A DNA stretch of 64,000 nucleotides from Ranitomeya imitator (Eukaryota): positions 207,638,001 to 207,702,000 of the forward strand of contig NC_091288.1 of assembly GCF_032444005.1 (NCBI RefSeq). Reading direction: 5' to 3'. The number at the start of each line of letters is the position of its first letter. Position 1 is the first letter of the stretch. Below are positions 51,840-64,000 of this stretch, one piece after another. Made by a program: the position numbers and the translations under genes. The notes beneath the pieces were generated by a model. The model saw only the letters and a program-made list of their open reading frames with translations, made no database searches and was not told the DNA's origin.

Positions 51840-52499
51840 TGAAATAAAGTTCATGATCATCACAGTAACCCTTTGTGTGCTGCATTTTGCTTTTCTAGTT
51901 ATCACTCCTACCAGTGTAGGCTGGCAATGCCATAATGGTGGCTGTGTATATTCCGTATGTCCCTAATCTGATGCTGAGGTGTAAAATCTAAATTTGATGC
52001 ACAGCGTGTAGACCAGGTTTAACAGGATTTGAGTCCAATACTTGTAAAGCATTATGGGAGGGATCTTTAAAGATCAGAAACAGCTGGCGTCTGGCCTGTG
52101 GTTGGTTGTGGTTGCTTCCAGCCCTACAGAGACCAGAATTAAGTTTGAGCTCAGGTGAGCATGTATATTTTTATTTTGACCCCACTAGGTTGGGGTTTTT
52201 TTTTATGCCGAGGGCCATTTGGAGATTTACCATCCTTCAAAGGCTGTACAAAATTATCAATATTTGATCAAACCTTAATTAAGTAGTCTGTCCAAGTGTG
52301 ATGGCTGGAGCTGCTGGTTAGGTGGTGCAGATGATGCTACTCAAACTTCTTTTCCAGATTTCAGTTTGGAGTGCAGTTGACTCTTTGCAGCAAGTTTTGT
52401 AAAGAACGTTCTGCAGTAAGTCGTGCTGAACACCCCTGTATATTACACTGCAGATCTCTTCACAGGGGGAAATAATCATCCAATAACTATTTGTAGAAT

Positions 52500-53400
52500 A
52501 GAAGCAGTTAGGTCTGCTGTATATACATCACATACGAAACACCGACATCTATATATAAATCACATGTACACAGACTGCTATGTCACATGGGAGATGCCAA
52601 GGCTGCTTGTAGGTACATCACATCAGAGACTGCTGTATATACATGACATGGGGACACAGACTGCTTTATACCTCTCATAGAAGACTGGGACTGCTGATAA
52701 TAATAATTTTTATTTATATAGCGCCAACATATTCCGCCACGCTTTACAAATTATAGAGGGGACTTGTACATACAATAGACATTAAAGCATAACAGAAATA
52801 CAGTTCAAAACAGATACCAGGAGGAGTGAGGGCCCTGCTCGCAAGCTACAAACTATAGGAAAAAGGGGAGACACGAGAGGTGGATGGTAACAATTGCTTT
52901 AGTTATTCGGATCGGCCATAGTGTAAGGCTCGGGTGTTCATGTAAAGCTGCATGAACCAATTAACTGCCTAAGTATGTAGCAGTACAGACACAGAGGGCT
53001 AATACTGCATAAAGTGTATGAGAACATGATGCGAGGAACCTGTTTTTGTTTTTTATATAAATAGGCCACACAGGGATCGTTAGGTTAATGCATTGAGGCG
53101 GTAGGCCAGTCTGAACAAATGAGTTTTTAGGGTACGCTTAAAACTGTGGGGATTAATCGTATTAACCTAGGTAGTGCATTCCTGCTGATTACAAAACATG
53201 GGGACAGACTGCTCTATACCTCACATTGGAGAGGCTGCTGTATAAAAATCACAAGGCAGAGGCTACTTTATATACAGCAGTCAGTTTCCTATGTCCCTAT
53301 GTGATGTATATACATCACATGGAGACACAGGCTGCTCAATACATCACATAGACTGCATATAAATCACATAGGAGACACAGGGACTGCTGTTTATACATTG
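52500..53400. repeat. Diverged satellite of about 30 bp (GACTGCTGTATATACATCACATRGGA); further copies at about 59200-59240 and 60876-61140
   Basis: Repeated gactgctgtatatacatcacat-like motifs flank the TE cluster; the Tc1 at 59241 sits in one of them. Confidence 0.6.
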
Positions 53401-53929
53401 CAAAAATAAAGGGAATACTAGGTATCACTGAATAAAATGTTCCAAATCTTTATTCCTTACAAATGGAATGTGTTAAGAGAAATATATAAAACAAGGATCT
53501 ATGTAAACCAAAATTAATATCCCATGGAAGTCTTGATTTGGACTGATATGCAATCAAAGTAAAAAAATCAAATTACAGGCTGATTCAACTTCAGTGGAAA
53601 TGCCTCAAGACAAGGAAATGATGCTCAGTAGTGTGTGTGGCCTCCACGTGCCTGTATGACCTCTACAAAACCTGGGCTTGCTCCTCATGAGGTGGCTGAT
53701 GTTCTCTTGAGGGATCTCCTCCCAGACATGGATTAAAGCATGAGTCAACTGCTTGAGTTCCTTATTTGGCAAGCTGCAGAGGGAACCTGGCTTCCTGGAC
53801 CGCACTGGCCGCTCAGCGCCACAGCTGCATGTGTTGTGACTGTGACGCAGCCGTGACACATGCAGCTGAAGCGATGGATCGGCCAGCGCGATTCAGGAAG
53901 ACGGGTTCCCTCTACAGCCTGCTGAATAA

Positions 53930-54346
53930 GGCTACTTTCACACTAGCGTTAACTGCAATCCGTCACAATGCGTCGTTTTGCAGAAAAAACGCATCCTGCA
54001 AAAGTGCTTGCAGGATGCGTTTTTTCCCCATAGACTTGTATTGACGACGCATTGCGACGATTGCCACACGTCGCATCCGTCGTGCGACGGATGCGTCATG
54101 CTTTGGTGGACCGTCGGGAGCAAAAAACGCTACATGTAACGTTTTTTGCTCCTGACGGACCGCTTTTTCTGACCGCGCATGCGCGGCCGGAACTCCGCCC
54201 CCACCTCCCCGCACCTCACAATGGGGCAGCGGATGCGCCGGAGAAATGCATCCGCTGCCTCCGTTGTGCAGTGCGTTAAACGCTAGCGTCGGAATCTGTC
54301 CGACACCTTGCGGCGGGGAAATTCCGACGCTAGTGTGAAAGTAGCC
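53930..54346. mobile_element. PIF/Harbinger-type MITE
   Basis: TAA|GGCTACTTTCACACTAGCG..CGCTAGTGTGAAAGTAGCC|TAA. Confidence 0.88.
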
Positions 54347-54999
54347 TAAGAGGGAACCTGAGCAAATTGGCTCATCTCGTCAACAGGACAGTCTGGGGAA
54401 CAACGTGATGTTGGTGGATGGTGCGAGACATGATGTCCCAGATGTGCTCAGGTTTCAGGTCTGGGGAACGGGCGGGCCAGTCCATAGCTTCAATGCCTTC
54501 ACCTTGCAGGAACTGCTGTCACACTCCAGCCACATGAGGTCTGGCATTGTCCTGCATTAGGAGGAGCCCAGGGCCAACCGCACCAGCATATGGTCTCACA
54601 AGGGGTCTGAGGATCTCATCTTGGTACCCAATGGCAGTCAGGCTACCTCTGGCGAGCACATGGGGGGCTGTGCGGCCCTCCAAGGAAATGCCACCCCACA
54701 CCATTACTGACCCACTGCCAAACCGGTAATGCTGAAGCAGCAAAACGTTCTCCCGACCCTGTCGATGTGCTCTGTGTGAACCTGCTTTCATCCATGAAGA
54801 GCACAGGGTGCCAGTGTTTAATCTGGGAAATGCCAGTCGCCCTGCACGGTTTTGGGCTGTAACCACAACCCCCACTTGTGGACATTAAGCCCTCACCCTC
54901 CTGCAGTCTGTTTCTGACAGTTTGAGCCGACACATGGATGTGAGCAGCCTGCTGGAGGACATTTTGCAGGGCTCTGGCACTGTTCCTCCTTGCACAGTC

Positions 55000-57900
55000 A
55001 GCAGGATCTAGGAGCAACATGGCAGATGTGACAACCTACATGGTGAGCTGCAGCATGTGCTACATGTTCACAGATCGACCAGAAGAAGAATCCAATTTCA
55101 CCTGTCAGAAGTGTAGACTAGTGGCCCTTTTAGAAGAAAAGGTGCGGGGTCTGGAAGAAAGAATAGCAACTTTGAAACTCATCAAAGAGAATGAAGACTT
55201 TCTAGACAGAACAGAAGCATCTCTACTGGTCACAGAAGGTGAAAAAAGTGTCAGAGAACCTCCAAAAGCAGATGAGTGGAAGCATGTGACCAAAAGAAGC
55301 AAGAAGACCATGGCGAAATCACCAACCACACAACTGAAGAACCGATATCAAATCTTTGTAGAGGATGAAGATGGCACACCTAAGGATGAAGCAATACCAG
55401 CAAGCAAAAAAGAAAAGGGCACACAGCAACAAGTGACAGCAAAAAGTACAGCCAAGAAGCAACGAAGAGTGGTGGTGGTGGGAGACTCACTACTGAGAGG
55501 CACAGAAGCAGCCATCTGCAGACCGGACATAACTGCAAGAGAAGTATGCTGCCTTCCAGGTGCGATGATCAAGGATGTGACCGATAGGATACCAAAGCTC
55601 TTCAGCTCCAAGGACGTCCACCCATTTCTTCTGATACATGTTGGCACCAGTGACACGGCAAGGAAGGACCTACCGACAATCTGCAAGGACTTTGAAGAGT
55701 TGGGGAAGAAAGTAAAGGAACTGGATGCACAGGTAGTTTTTTCTTCTATCCTTCCAGTAGACGGGCATGGCACCAGGAGATGGAACAGGATCCTTGATGC
55801 AAACAACTGGCTAAGACGATGGTGCAGACAACAAGGATTTGGATTCCTGGACCACGGTGTGAATTACTGGTATGATGGACTCCTCGCCAGAGATGGACTA
55901 CACCTCAACAAACCTGGGAAACACACATTCGCCAGAAGACTCGCTACACTCATCAGGAGGGCGTTAAACTAGAAGAAGAGGGGACGGGAAGAAAAACATT
56001 AGACTCGACCAAAGAAGACCCAGGAAAACATACTCAGAAGGGAGGTAAGAACATTTCTAAAACAATCCACAGCAAGGAGATTGGAACAAAACAAAATCCT
56101 CTAAACTGCATGCTCGCAAACGCCAGAAGCCTGACAAACAAGATGGAAGAACTAGAAGCAGAAATATCTACAGGTAACTTTGACATAGTGGGAATAACCG
56201 AGACATGGTTAGATGAAAGCTATGACTGGGCAGTTAACTTACAGGGTTACAGTCTGTTTAGAAAGGATCGTAAAAATCGGAGAGGAGGAGGGGTTTGTCT
56301 CTATGTAAAGTCTTGTCTAAAGTCCACTTTAAGGGAGGATATTAGCGAAGGAAATGAGGATGTCGAGTCCATATGGGTCGAAATTCATGGAGGGAAAAAT
56401 GGTAACAAAATTCTCATTGGGGTCTGTTACAAACCCCCAAATATAACAGAAACCATGGAAAGTCTACTTCTAAAGCAGATAGATGAAGCTGCAACCCATA
56501 ATGAGGTCCTGGTTATGGGGGACTTTAACTACCCGGATATTAACTGGGAAACAGAAACCTGTGAAACCCATAAAGGCGACAGGTTTCTGCTAATAACCAA
56601 GAAAAATTATCTTTCACAATTGGTGCAGAATCCAACCAGAGGAGCAGCACTTTTAGACCTAATACTATCTAATAGACCTGACAGAATAACAAATCTGCAG
56701 GTGGTCGGGCATCTAGGAAATAGCGACCACAATATTGTGCAGTTTCACCTGTCTTTCTCTAGGGGGACTTGTCAGGGAGTCACAAAAACATTGAACTTTA
56801 GGAAGGCAAAGTTTGACCAGCTTAGAGATGCCCTTAATCTGGTAGACTGGGACAATATCCTCAGAAATAAGAATACAGATAATAAATGGGAAATGTTTAA
56901 GAACATCCTAAATAGGCAGTGTAAGCGGTTTATACCTTGTGGGAATAAAAGGACTAGAAATAGGAAAAACCCAATGTGGTTAAACAAAGAAGTAAGACAG
57001 GCAATTAACAGTAAAAAGAAAGCATTTGCACTACTAAAGCAGGATGGCACCATCGAAGCTCTAAAAAACTATAGGGAGAAAAATACTTTATCTAAAAAAC
57101 TAATTAAAGCTGCCAAAAAGGAAACAGAGAAGCACATTGCTAAGGAGAGTAAAACTAATCCCAAACTGTTCTTCAACTATATCAATAGTAAAAGAATAAA
57201 AACTGAAAATGTAGGCCCCTTAAAAAATAGTGAGGAAAGAATGGTTGTAGATGACGAGGAAAAAGCTAACATATTAAACACCTTCTTCTCCACGGTATTC
57301 ACGGTGGAAAATGAAATGCTGGGTGAAATCCCAAGAAACAATGAAAACCCTATATTAAGGGTCACCAATCTAACCCAAGAAGAGGTGCAAAACCGGCTAA
57401 ATAAGATTAAAATAGATAAATCTCCGGGTCCGGATGGCATACACCCACGAGTACTAAGAGAACTAAGTAATGTAATAGATAAACCATTATTTCTTATTTT
57501 TAGGGACTCTATAGCGACAGGGTCTGTTCCGCAGGACTGGCACATAGCAAATGTGGTGCCAATATTCAAAAAGGGCTCTAAAAGTGAACCTGGAAATTAT
57601 AGGCCAGTAAGTCTAACCTCTATTGTTGGTAAAATATTTGAAGGGTTTCTGAGGGATGTTATTCTGGATTATCTCAATGAGAATAACTTTAACTCCATAT
57701 CAGCATGGGTTTATGAGAAATCGCTCCTGTCAAACCAATCTAATCAGTTTTTATGAAGAGGTAAGCTATAGGCTGGACCACGGTGAGTCATTGGACGTGG
57801 TATATCTCGATTTTTCCAAAGCGTTTGATACCGTGCCGCACTAGAGGTTGGTACACAAAATGAGAATGCTTGGTCTGGGGGAAAATGTGTGTAAATGGGT

Positions 57901-58819
57901 TTGTAACTGGCTTAGTGATAGAAAGCAGAGGGTGGTTATAAATGGTATAGTCTCTAACTGGGTCGCTGTGACCAGTGGGGTACCGCAGGGGTCGGTATTG
58001 GGACCTCTTCTCTTCAACATATTCATTAATGATCTGGTAGAAGGTTTACACAGTAAAATATCGATATTTGCAGATGATACAAAACTATGTAAAGCAGTTA
58101 ATACAAGAGAAGATAGTATTCTGCTACAGATGGATCTGGATAAGTTGGAAACTTGGGCTGAAAGGTGGCAGATGAGGTTTAACAATGATAAATGTAAGGT
58201 TATACACATGGGAAGAAGGAATCAATGTCACCATTACACACTGAACGGGAAACCACTGGGTAAATCTGACAGGGAGAAGGACTTGGGGATCCTAGTTAAT
58301 GATAAACTTACCTGGAGCAGCCAGTGCCAGGCAGCAGCTGCCAAGGCAAACAGGATCATGGGGTGCATTAAAAGAGGTCTGGATACACATGATGAGAGCA
58401 TTATACTGCCTCTGTACAAATCCCTAGTTAGACCGCACATGGAGTACTGTGTCCAGTTTTGGGCACCGGTGCTCAGGAAGGATATAATGGAACTAGAGAG
58501 AGTACAAAGGAGGGCAACAAAATTAATAAAGGGGATGGGAGAACTACAATACCCAGATAGATTAGCGAAATTAGGATTATTTAGTCTAGAAAAAAGACGA
58601 CTGAGGGGCGATCTAATAACCATGTATAAGTATATAAGGGGACAATACAAATATCTCGCTGAGGATCTGTTTATACCAAGGAAGGTGACGGGCACAAGGG
58701 GGCATTCTTTGCGTCTGGAGGAGAGAAGGTTTTTCCACCAACATAGAAGAAGATTCTTTACTGTTAGGGCAGTGAGAATCTGGAATTGCTTGCCTGAGGA
58801 GGTGGTGATGGCGAACTCA
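55000..58819 (+). mobile_element. CR1 LINE: ORF1 55019-55972 (CxxC/coiled-coil + SGNH esterase) and ORF2 (APE + RT) disrupted, 3'-truncated
   Basis: ORF1 has VVVGDSLLRG..CCLPGA..IHVGTSD..DGLHLN. ORF2 has ANARSL..GITETW..GDFNYPDINW..YLDFSKAFD..GVPQGSVLGP..IFADDTK. Relative to the copy at 25-26 kb there is a 2-nt deletion near 57688 and a TAG at 57842. Confidence 0.96.
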
Positions 58820-59240
58820 CCTTGACATAGCTCGTGTTGATGTGGCATCTTGGATGAGCTGCACTACCTGAGAAACTCCTGTTGGTTGTAGACACCGCCT
58901 CATGCTACTGTACCTCTAGGGGTGAGAGCAATGATAACATGTAAAAGTAACCAAAACAGCCAAAAAGAAAGAACAGAGAAATGGTCTGTGGTCACCCCCT
59001 GCAGATTCACTCCTTTATAGGAGCTGTCTTGCTAATCGTCTATCATTTCTACCTGTTGTCGGTTCCATTTGTACAACAGCAGGAGAAATTGATTCACAAT
59101 CTGTGATACTTCGCAACTGGACAGGTTGATTTCACCGAAGTTTGAGTGACTTGGAGGTACTCTGTTGTTTAAGTGTTTCCTTTATTTTTTTTTTTTTTAA
59201 AGCCGTGTATGCTATACCTCCCATAGGCAGACTGCATATA

Positions 59241-60875
59241 CAGTTAGGGCCAGAAATATTTGGACAGTGACACAAGTTTTGTTATTTTAGCTGTTTACAA
59301 AAACATGTTCAGAAATACAATTATATATATATAATATGGGCTGAAAGTGCACACTCCCAGCTGCAATATGATAGTTTCCACATCCAAATCGGAGAAAGGG
59401 TTTAGGAATCATAGCTCTGTAATGCATAGCGTCCTCTTTTTCAAGGGACCAAAAGTAATTGGACAATGGACTCTAAGGGCTGCAATTAACTCTGAAGGCG
59501 TCTCCCTCGTTAACCTGTAATCAATGAAGTAGTTAAAAGGTCAGGGGTGGATTCCAGGTGTGTGGTTTTGCATTTGGAAGCTGTTGCTGTGAGCAGACAA
59601 CATGCGGTCAAAGGAACTCTCAATTGAGGTGAAGCAGAACATCCTGAGGCTGAAAAAAAAGAAAAAATCCATCAGAGAGATAGCAGACATGCTTGGAGTA
59701 GCAAAATCAACAGTTGGGTACATTCTGAGAAAAAAGGAATTGACTGGTGAGCTTGGGAACTCAAAAAGGCCTGGGCGTCCACGGATGACAACAGTGGTGG
59801 ATGATCGCCGCATACTTAATTTGGTGAAGAAGAACCCGTTCACAACATCAACTGAAGTCCAGAACACTCTCAGTGAAGTAGGTGTATCTGTCTCTAAGTC
59901 AACAGTAAAGAGAAGACTCCATGACAGTAAATACAAAGGGTTCACATCTAGATGCAAACCATTCATCAATACCAAAAATAGACAGAAAAACACCTCAAGA
60001 AGCCAGCTCAGTTCTGGAAAAGTATTCTATGGACAGATGAGACAAAGATCAACCTGTACCAGAATGATGGGAAGGAAAAAGTTTGGAGAAGAAAGGGAAC
60101 GGCACATGATCCAAGGCACACCACATCCTCTGTAAAACATGGTGGAGGCAACGTGATGGCATGGGCATGCATGGCTTTCAATGGCACTGGGTCACTTGTG
60201 TTTATTGATGACATAAGAGCAGACAAGAGTAGCCGGATGAATTCTGAAGTGTACCGGGATATACTTTCAGCCCAGATTCAGCCAAATGCTGCAAAGTTGA
60301 TTGGACGGCGCTTCATAGTACAGATGGACAATGACCCCAAGCATACAGCCAAAGCTACCCAGGAGTTCATGAGTGCCAAAAAGTGGAACATTCTGCAATG
60401 GCCAAGTCAATCTCCAGATCTAAACCCAATTGAGCATGCATTTCACTTGCTCAAATCCAGACTTAAGACGGAAAGACCCACAAACAAGCAAGACCTGAAG
60501 GCTGCGGCTGTAAAGGCCTGGCAAAGCATTAAGAAGGAGGAAACCCAGCGTTTGGTGAGGTCCATGGGTTCCAGACATAAGGCAGTGATTGCCTCCAAAG
60601 GATTTGCAACAAAATATTGAAAATAAAAATATTTTGTTTGGGTTATGTTTATTTGTCCAATTACTTTTGACCTCCTAAAATGTGGAGTGTTTGTAAAGGA
60701 ATGTGTACAATTCCTACATTTTCTATCAGATATTTTTGTTCAACCCTTCAAATTAAACGTTACAATCTGCACTTGAATTCTGTTGTAGAGGTTTCATTTC
60801 AAATCCAATGTGGTGGCATGCAGAGCCCAACTCGCGAAAATTGTGTCACTGTCCAAATATTTCTGGCCCTAACTG
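59241..60875 (+). mobile_element. Tc1-like transposon with frameshifted DD34E transposase (59602-60620), about 35-bp TIRs, TA TSD
   Basis: TA|CAGTTAGGGCCAGAAATATTTGGACAGTGACACAA..TTGTGTCACTGTCCAAATATTTCTGGCCCTAACTG|TA. The ORF is split by a small deletion near 59985 (..PFINTKNRQ / KKPAQFWKSILWTDETK). Confidence 0.93.
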
Positions 60876-61872
60876 TACATCACATAGGAGACTGGGACTG
60901 CTGTATATACTTCCCATAGGAAGCTAGTACTATTGTATATACAAAATGGGGACAGACTGCTCTATATACCTCACATAGGAGGCACTGAGACTGCTGTATA
61001 TACATCACATGAGGACACAGACTGCTATATTTTACATGTAAAGCACAGTGGAATAAAAGTCGCTATAAGAATAATATAGCTCATATAGGAGACACCTTGA
61101 CTGCTGTATATACACAGCACATAGGAGATACTGGTGCTGGGGTATATATCATGAGCAACGGGCTGTGGCATACATGTCACAAGTATGTTCTGCACTGACT
61201 TGTGTCTGGATGTAATATTTTACTGCGTGCGCCGCATTGTTCAGTAGTGATGCTCTGTGCTCGCAAAGCAAGAAGACATTAAAAGGGCCAGCAGCCATCA
61301 AACTGCAGCAGCTGGCCTGAGCACTGCGGTCCCTGGGAATCTCCTGGAGGACAGGTAATCGGCCTGGGGACCCGAGGTTCCCGTCCCCTGTCCTAGGTGC
61401 TCACTGCTGAATTTACATTTTAGAACCCAGAATGGGCAGTGACAAGGTATTTAGCCTTAGTAATAAATTAGAGCCTCACAGACGTCATTTTTACATAGAA
61501 GCCAACCTGGATTGTTAATCATGTTACTAACAGGACATGGATTATAAGCGTCTAAGTGCAGTCATGCTGTGGATTTTGAGATTGCAGCAATAAGATGACG
61601 TCCCAAGGACTTGTTCACATGTGAAAATTTGAGTTGTATTTGTGAGAAAGCAAATTAATAGATGCATAAACCATAAGAGGAAAGACGCCTTCCTTCAGTG
61701 CTCGTGGTCCTCGGTGTTCATCCTAATCTGCAGGAGTTACTTTCTGCTAACTCTCCTCGGTGAAAAGGGCGAAATCCACAACAAATTAACATGAAGCAAA
61801 ATCTGCAGCTCAGGTCGACTTAATTCTGTAACTAGGATAATATCTGCTCGCTGGTGCCGGTCATAGGAGTAA

Positions 61873-63136
61873 GGCCGGCCTCACACTCAGCGTACGAAAA
61901 CATGGTCCGTTATTTACGGCCGTAATACGCAGACAAGTCCCCAAAATAGTGATCTGTATGTCATCCGTAGGCAGGGTGTGGCAGCGTATTTTGCGCATGT
62001 CATCCTCGGTATGGCATCCGTACTGCGAGATTTTCTCGCAGGCTTGCAAAACCGACATACGGACATAAAATGGATCCATGGGCTCAAATAATCGTAAACA
62101 TATACACTGTGTATATATATATAGTTATAGTCAGTGAGACATATGTGTATATATATTAATATTTCATACAGCACTAGATAGAAAAGCCGGTAATTGAATT
62201 GCCAGCTTTTGCGATCTCCTCAAACCCGACATGATTACATACAGTAAACCATCTCATATCCATTTTTTTTTTTGCATATTCCACACTACTAATGTTAGTA
62301 GTGTGTATATGCAAAATTTGGCCGTTCTAGCTATTAAATTGAAGGGTTACATCGCAGAAAAAATTGGTGTGGGCTCCCGCACAATTTTCTCCGCCAGAAT
62401 GGTAAAGCTAGTGACTGAGGGAAGATAATAGCCTGGAGAGGGTCCACTGTTATTGCCCCCCCCGGCTAAAAACCATCTGCCCCCAGCCACCCCAGAAAAG
62501 GCACATCTGGAAGATGCCCCTATTCTGGCACTTGGCCACTCTCTTCCCATTCCTGCGTTGCGATGGCACCCTCTCCAGGCTATTAATATCTGCCCTCAGT
62601 CACTGGCTTTACCACTCTGGCGGAGAAAATTGCGCGGGAGCCCACGCCAATTTTTTTTCCGCGATTTAACCCTTTAATAGCTAAAGCACCCACATTTTGC
62701 ATATACACACTACTAACATTAGTAGTGTGGAATATGCAAAAAAAAAAAAAGGGGGATATGAGATGGTTTACTGTATGTAAACCATGCCTCAGTTATTTTA
62801 GCTATTGTAACCTGTCAGTGTGATTTTACTGTACACCGCACTGAATTGCCGGCTTTTCTCTCTAACAGCGCTGCGTATTTCTCGCAAGTCACACTGTTGG
62901 TCCGTGTGTAATTTGTATTTTTCTCGCCCCCATAGACTTTCATTGGCGTATTTTTTGCGCAATACGGTGACAAACGCAGCATGCTGCGATTTTCTACGGC
63001 CATAGAAGACCGTATAATACGGATCAGTAAAATACGGCAGATAGGACCTGGGCCATAGAGAATCATTGTACCGTGTGCAATCCGTATTTTCTGCACCTCT
63101 CATACATCCGTAAAACTCGCTAGTGTGAGATCGGCC
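61873..63136. mobile_element. PIF/Harbinger-type non-autonomous element (1264 bp)
   Basis: TAA|GGCCGGCCTCACACT..AGTGTGAGATCGGCC|TAA. Confidence 0.85.
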
Positions 63137-63393
63137 TAAGACTCTCAGCAATCAATAAGTTATCACCGGAGAGCCCCTATAAATCTGCAATTACCAATAT
63201 GATTAGTATTAATTAATATGATGTAGTAATATGGTGCACGGTGACCTCAGAGAAGTATATAATCTCTTACCTACATACAGCAGCCGCAGACACCACAACA
63301 CTGATCTCCAGATCTTTATTTTACGCTTTAGTTTTATTTCTTTCATTTTGGAACATATGAGAGACAAGTAACACAAAATGTACAGGAGATAAT

Positions 63394-63503
63394 TTATTCC
63401 AGGTTGGCATTTTCCTGTGCAGCCGCCTTCCTCTCCTCCATCATCCTCTGTCGCTGCTTCATGAGACATTTCCTGGCCCCCGAGAAATATCCCAGGTCCT
63501 CAT
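63394..63503 (-). CDS. NDUFB10: NADH:ubiquinone oxidoreductase subunit B10, last coding exon (gene continues beyond the window)
   Basis: tttttcgcAG|AT GAG GAC CTG.. translates as EDLGYFSGARKCLMKQRQRMMEERKAAAQENANLE*, resembling human [27 protein letters not shown]. Stop overlaps AATAAA. Syntenic with RPS2. Confidence 0.87.
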
Positions 63504-63559
63504 CTGCGAAAAAAAGGGTTCACCTATTAAGGCAGAGATACCGGAAGCAGGAGACGACC

Positions 63560-64000
63560 GCCGGCGAGGTCACTGGTGGTCTAGAGGCGAGAAGGAATTC
63601 AAAGTGAGGTCCCTGGTGATCTAGGGTTGAGAAGGGATTAATGGTGATGTCACTGGTGGTCTAGGGCAGGGGTCCCCAACTCCAGTCCTGAAGGCCCACC
63701 AACATGTCATGTTTTCAGGATTTCCTTAGTCTTGCCCAGGTAATAATTGCATCACCTGTGCAATGCAAAGGAAATCCTGAAAACATGACCTGTTGGTGGG
63801 CCTTGAGGACTGGAGTTGGGGACCTCTGGTCTAGGGGAGAGAATGGATTGATGGTGAGGTCACTGGTGGTCTAGGGGCGAGAAGGGTTTCAAAGCGAGGT
63901 CCCTGGTGATCTAGGGTTGAGAAGGGATTAATGGTGAGGTCTCTGGGAGAGATAAGGGATTTATATTGATATCTCTGGTGGTCTAGGGGAGAGAAAGGAT
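63560..64000. repeat. Tandem repeat (about 32/63 bp) in the last NDUFB10 intron
   Basis: Repeated GAGGTCACTGGTGGTCTAGGGG(C)GAGAAGG units. Confidence 0.75.
63667..63828. mobile_element. hAT-type MITE with 8-bp TSD (GTCTAGGG); same family as 24151-24341
   Basis: GTCTAGGG|CAGGGGTCCCCAACTCCAGTCC..GGACTGGAGTTGGGGACCTCTG|GTCTAGGG. Confidence 0.87.

Larger units (their letters stand above)
53580..59190 (-). pseudogene. Degraded Tc1-like transposon remnant interrupted by a Harbinger MITE and a CR1 LINE (pieces about 53580-53760, 54390-54995, 58820-59190)
   Basis: Fragments translate as SGSVMVWGGISLEGRT..EILRPLVRPYAGAVGPG.LLMQDNARPHVAGV and ALIHVWEEIPQENISHLMRS. Boundaries are approximate. Confidence 0.7.

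Overview
Eukaryotic, vertebrate DNA. The repeat families and gene structure point to a frog or toad (inference). The window carries the microsyntenic block known from human 16p13.3: NOXO1 (+, 5'-partial), TBL3 (-, 22 exons), RNF151 (-), an SNHG9-like snoRNA host with SNORA78 (-), RPS2 (+, with two SNORA10-family H/ACA snoRNAs) and the last exon of NDUFB10 (-). Introns and intergenic DNA hold three Tc1/mariner transposase loci plus a remnant, two near-identical CR1 LINEs, a 4.1-kb piggyBac-like non-autonomous element, a Helitron, many Harbinger-, T2/Kolobok- and hAT-type MITEs, and several minisatellites that create spurious long ORFs. Top observation: the SNHG9-like host, transcribed from a symmetric bidirectional TATA/TCT promoter shared with RPS2, runs directly into an intact DD35E (Traveler-type) transposase ORF that has no visible TIRs. 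The ORF has a splice acceptor 2 nt before its ATG and a poly(A) signal just after its stop, so it is a candidate domesticated transposase carried on a snoRNA-host 5'TOP transcript. An unassigned two-exon ORF of about 166 aa lies between this transposase and RNF151. All calls were made by eye; homolog and rRNA comparisons are from memory and need database confirmation.
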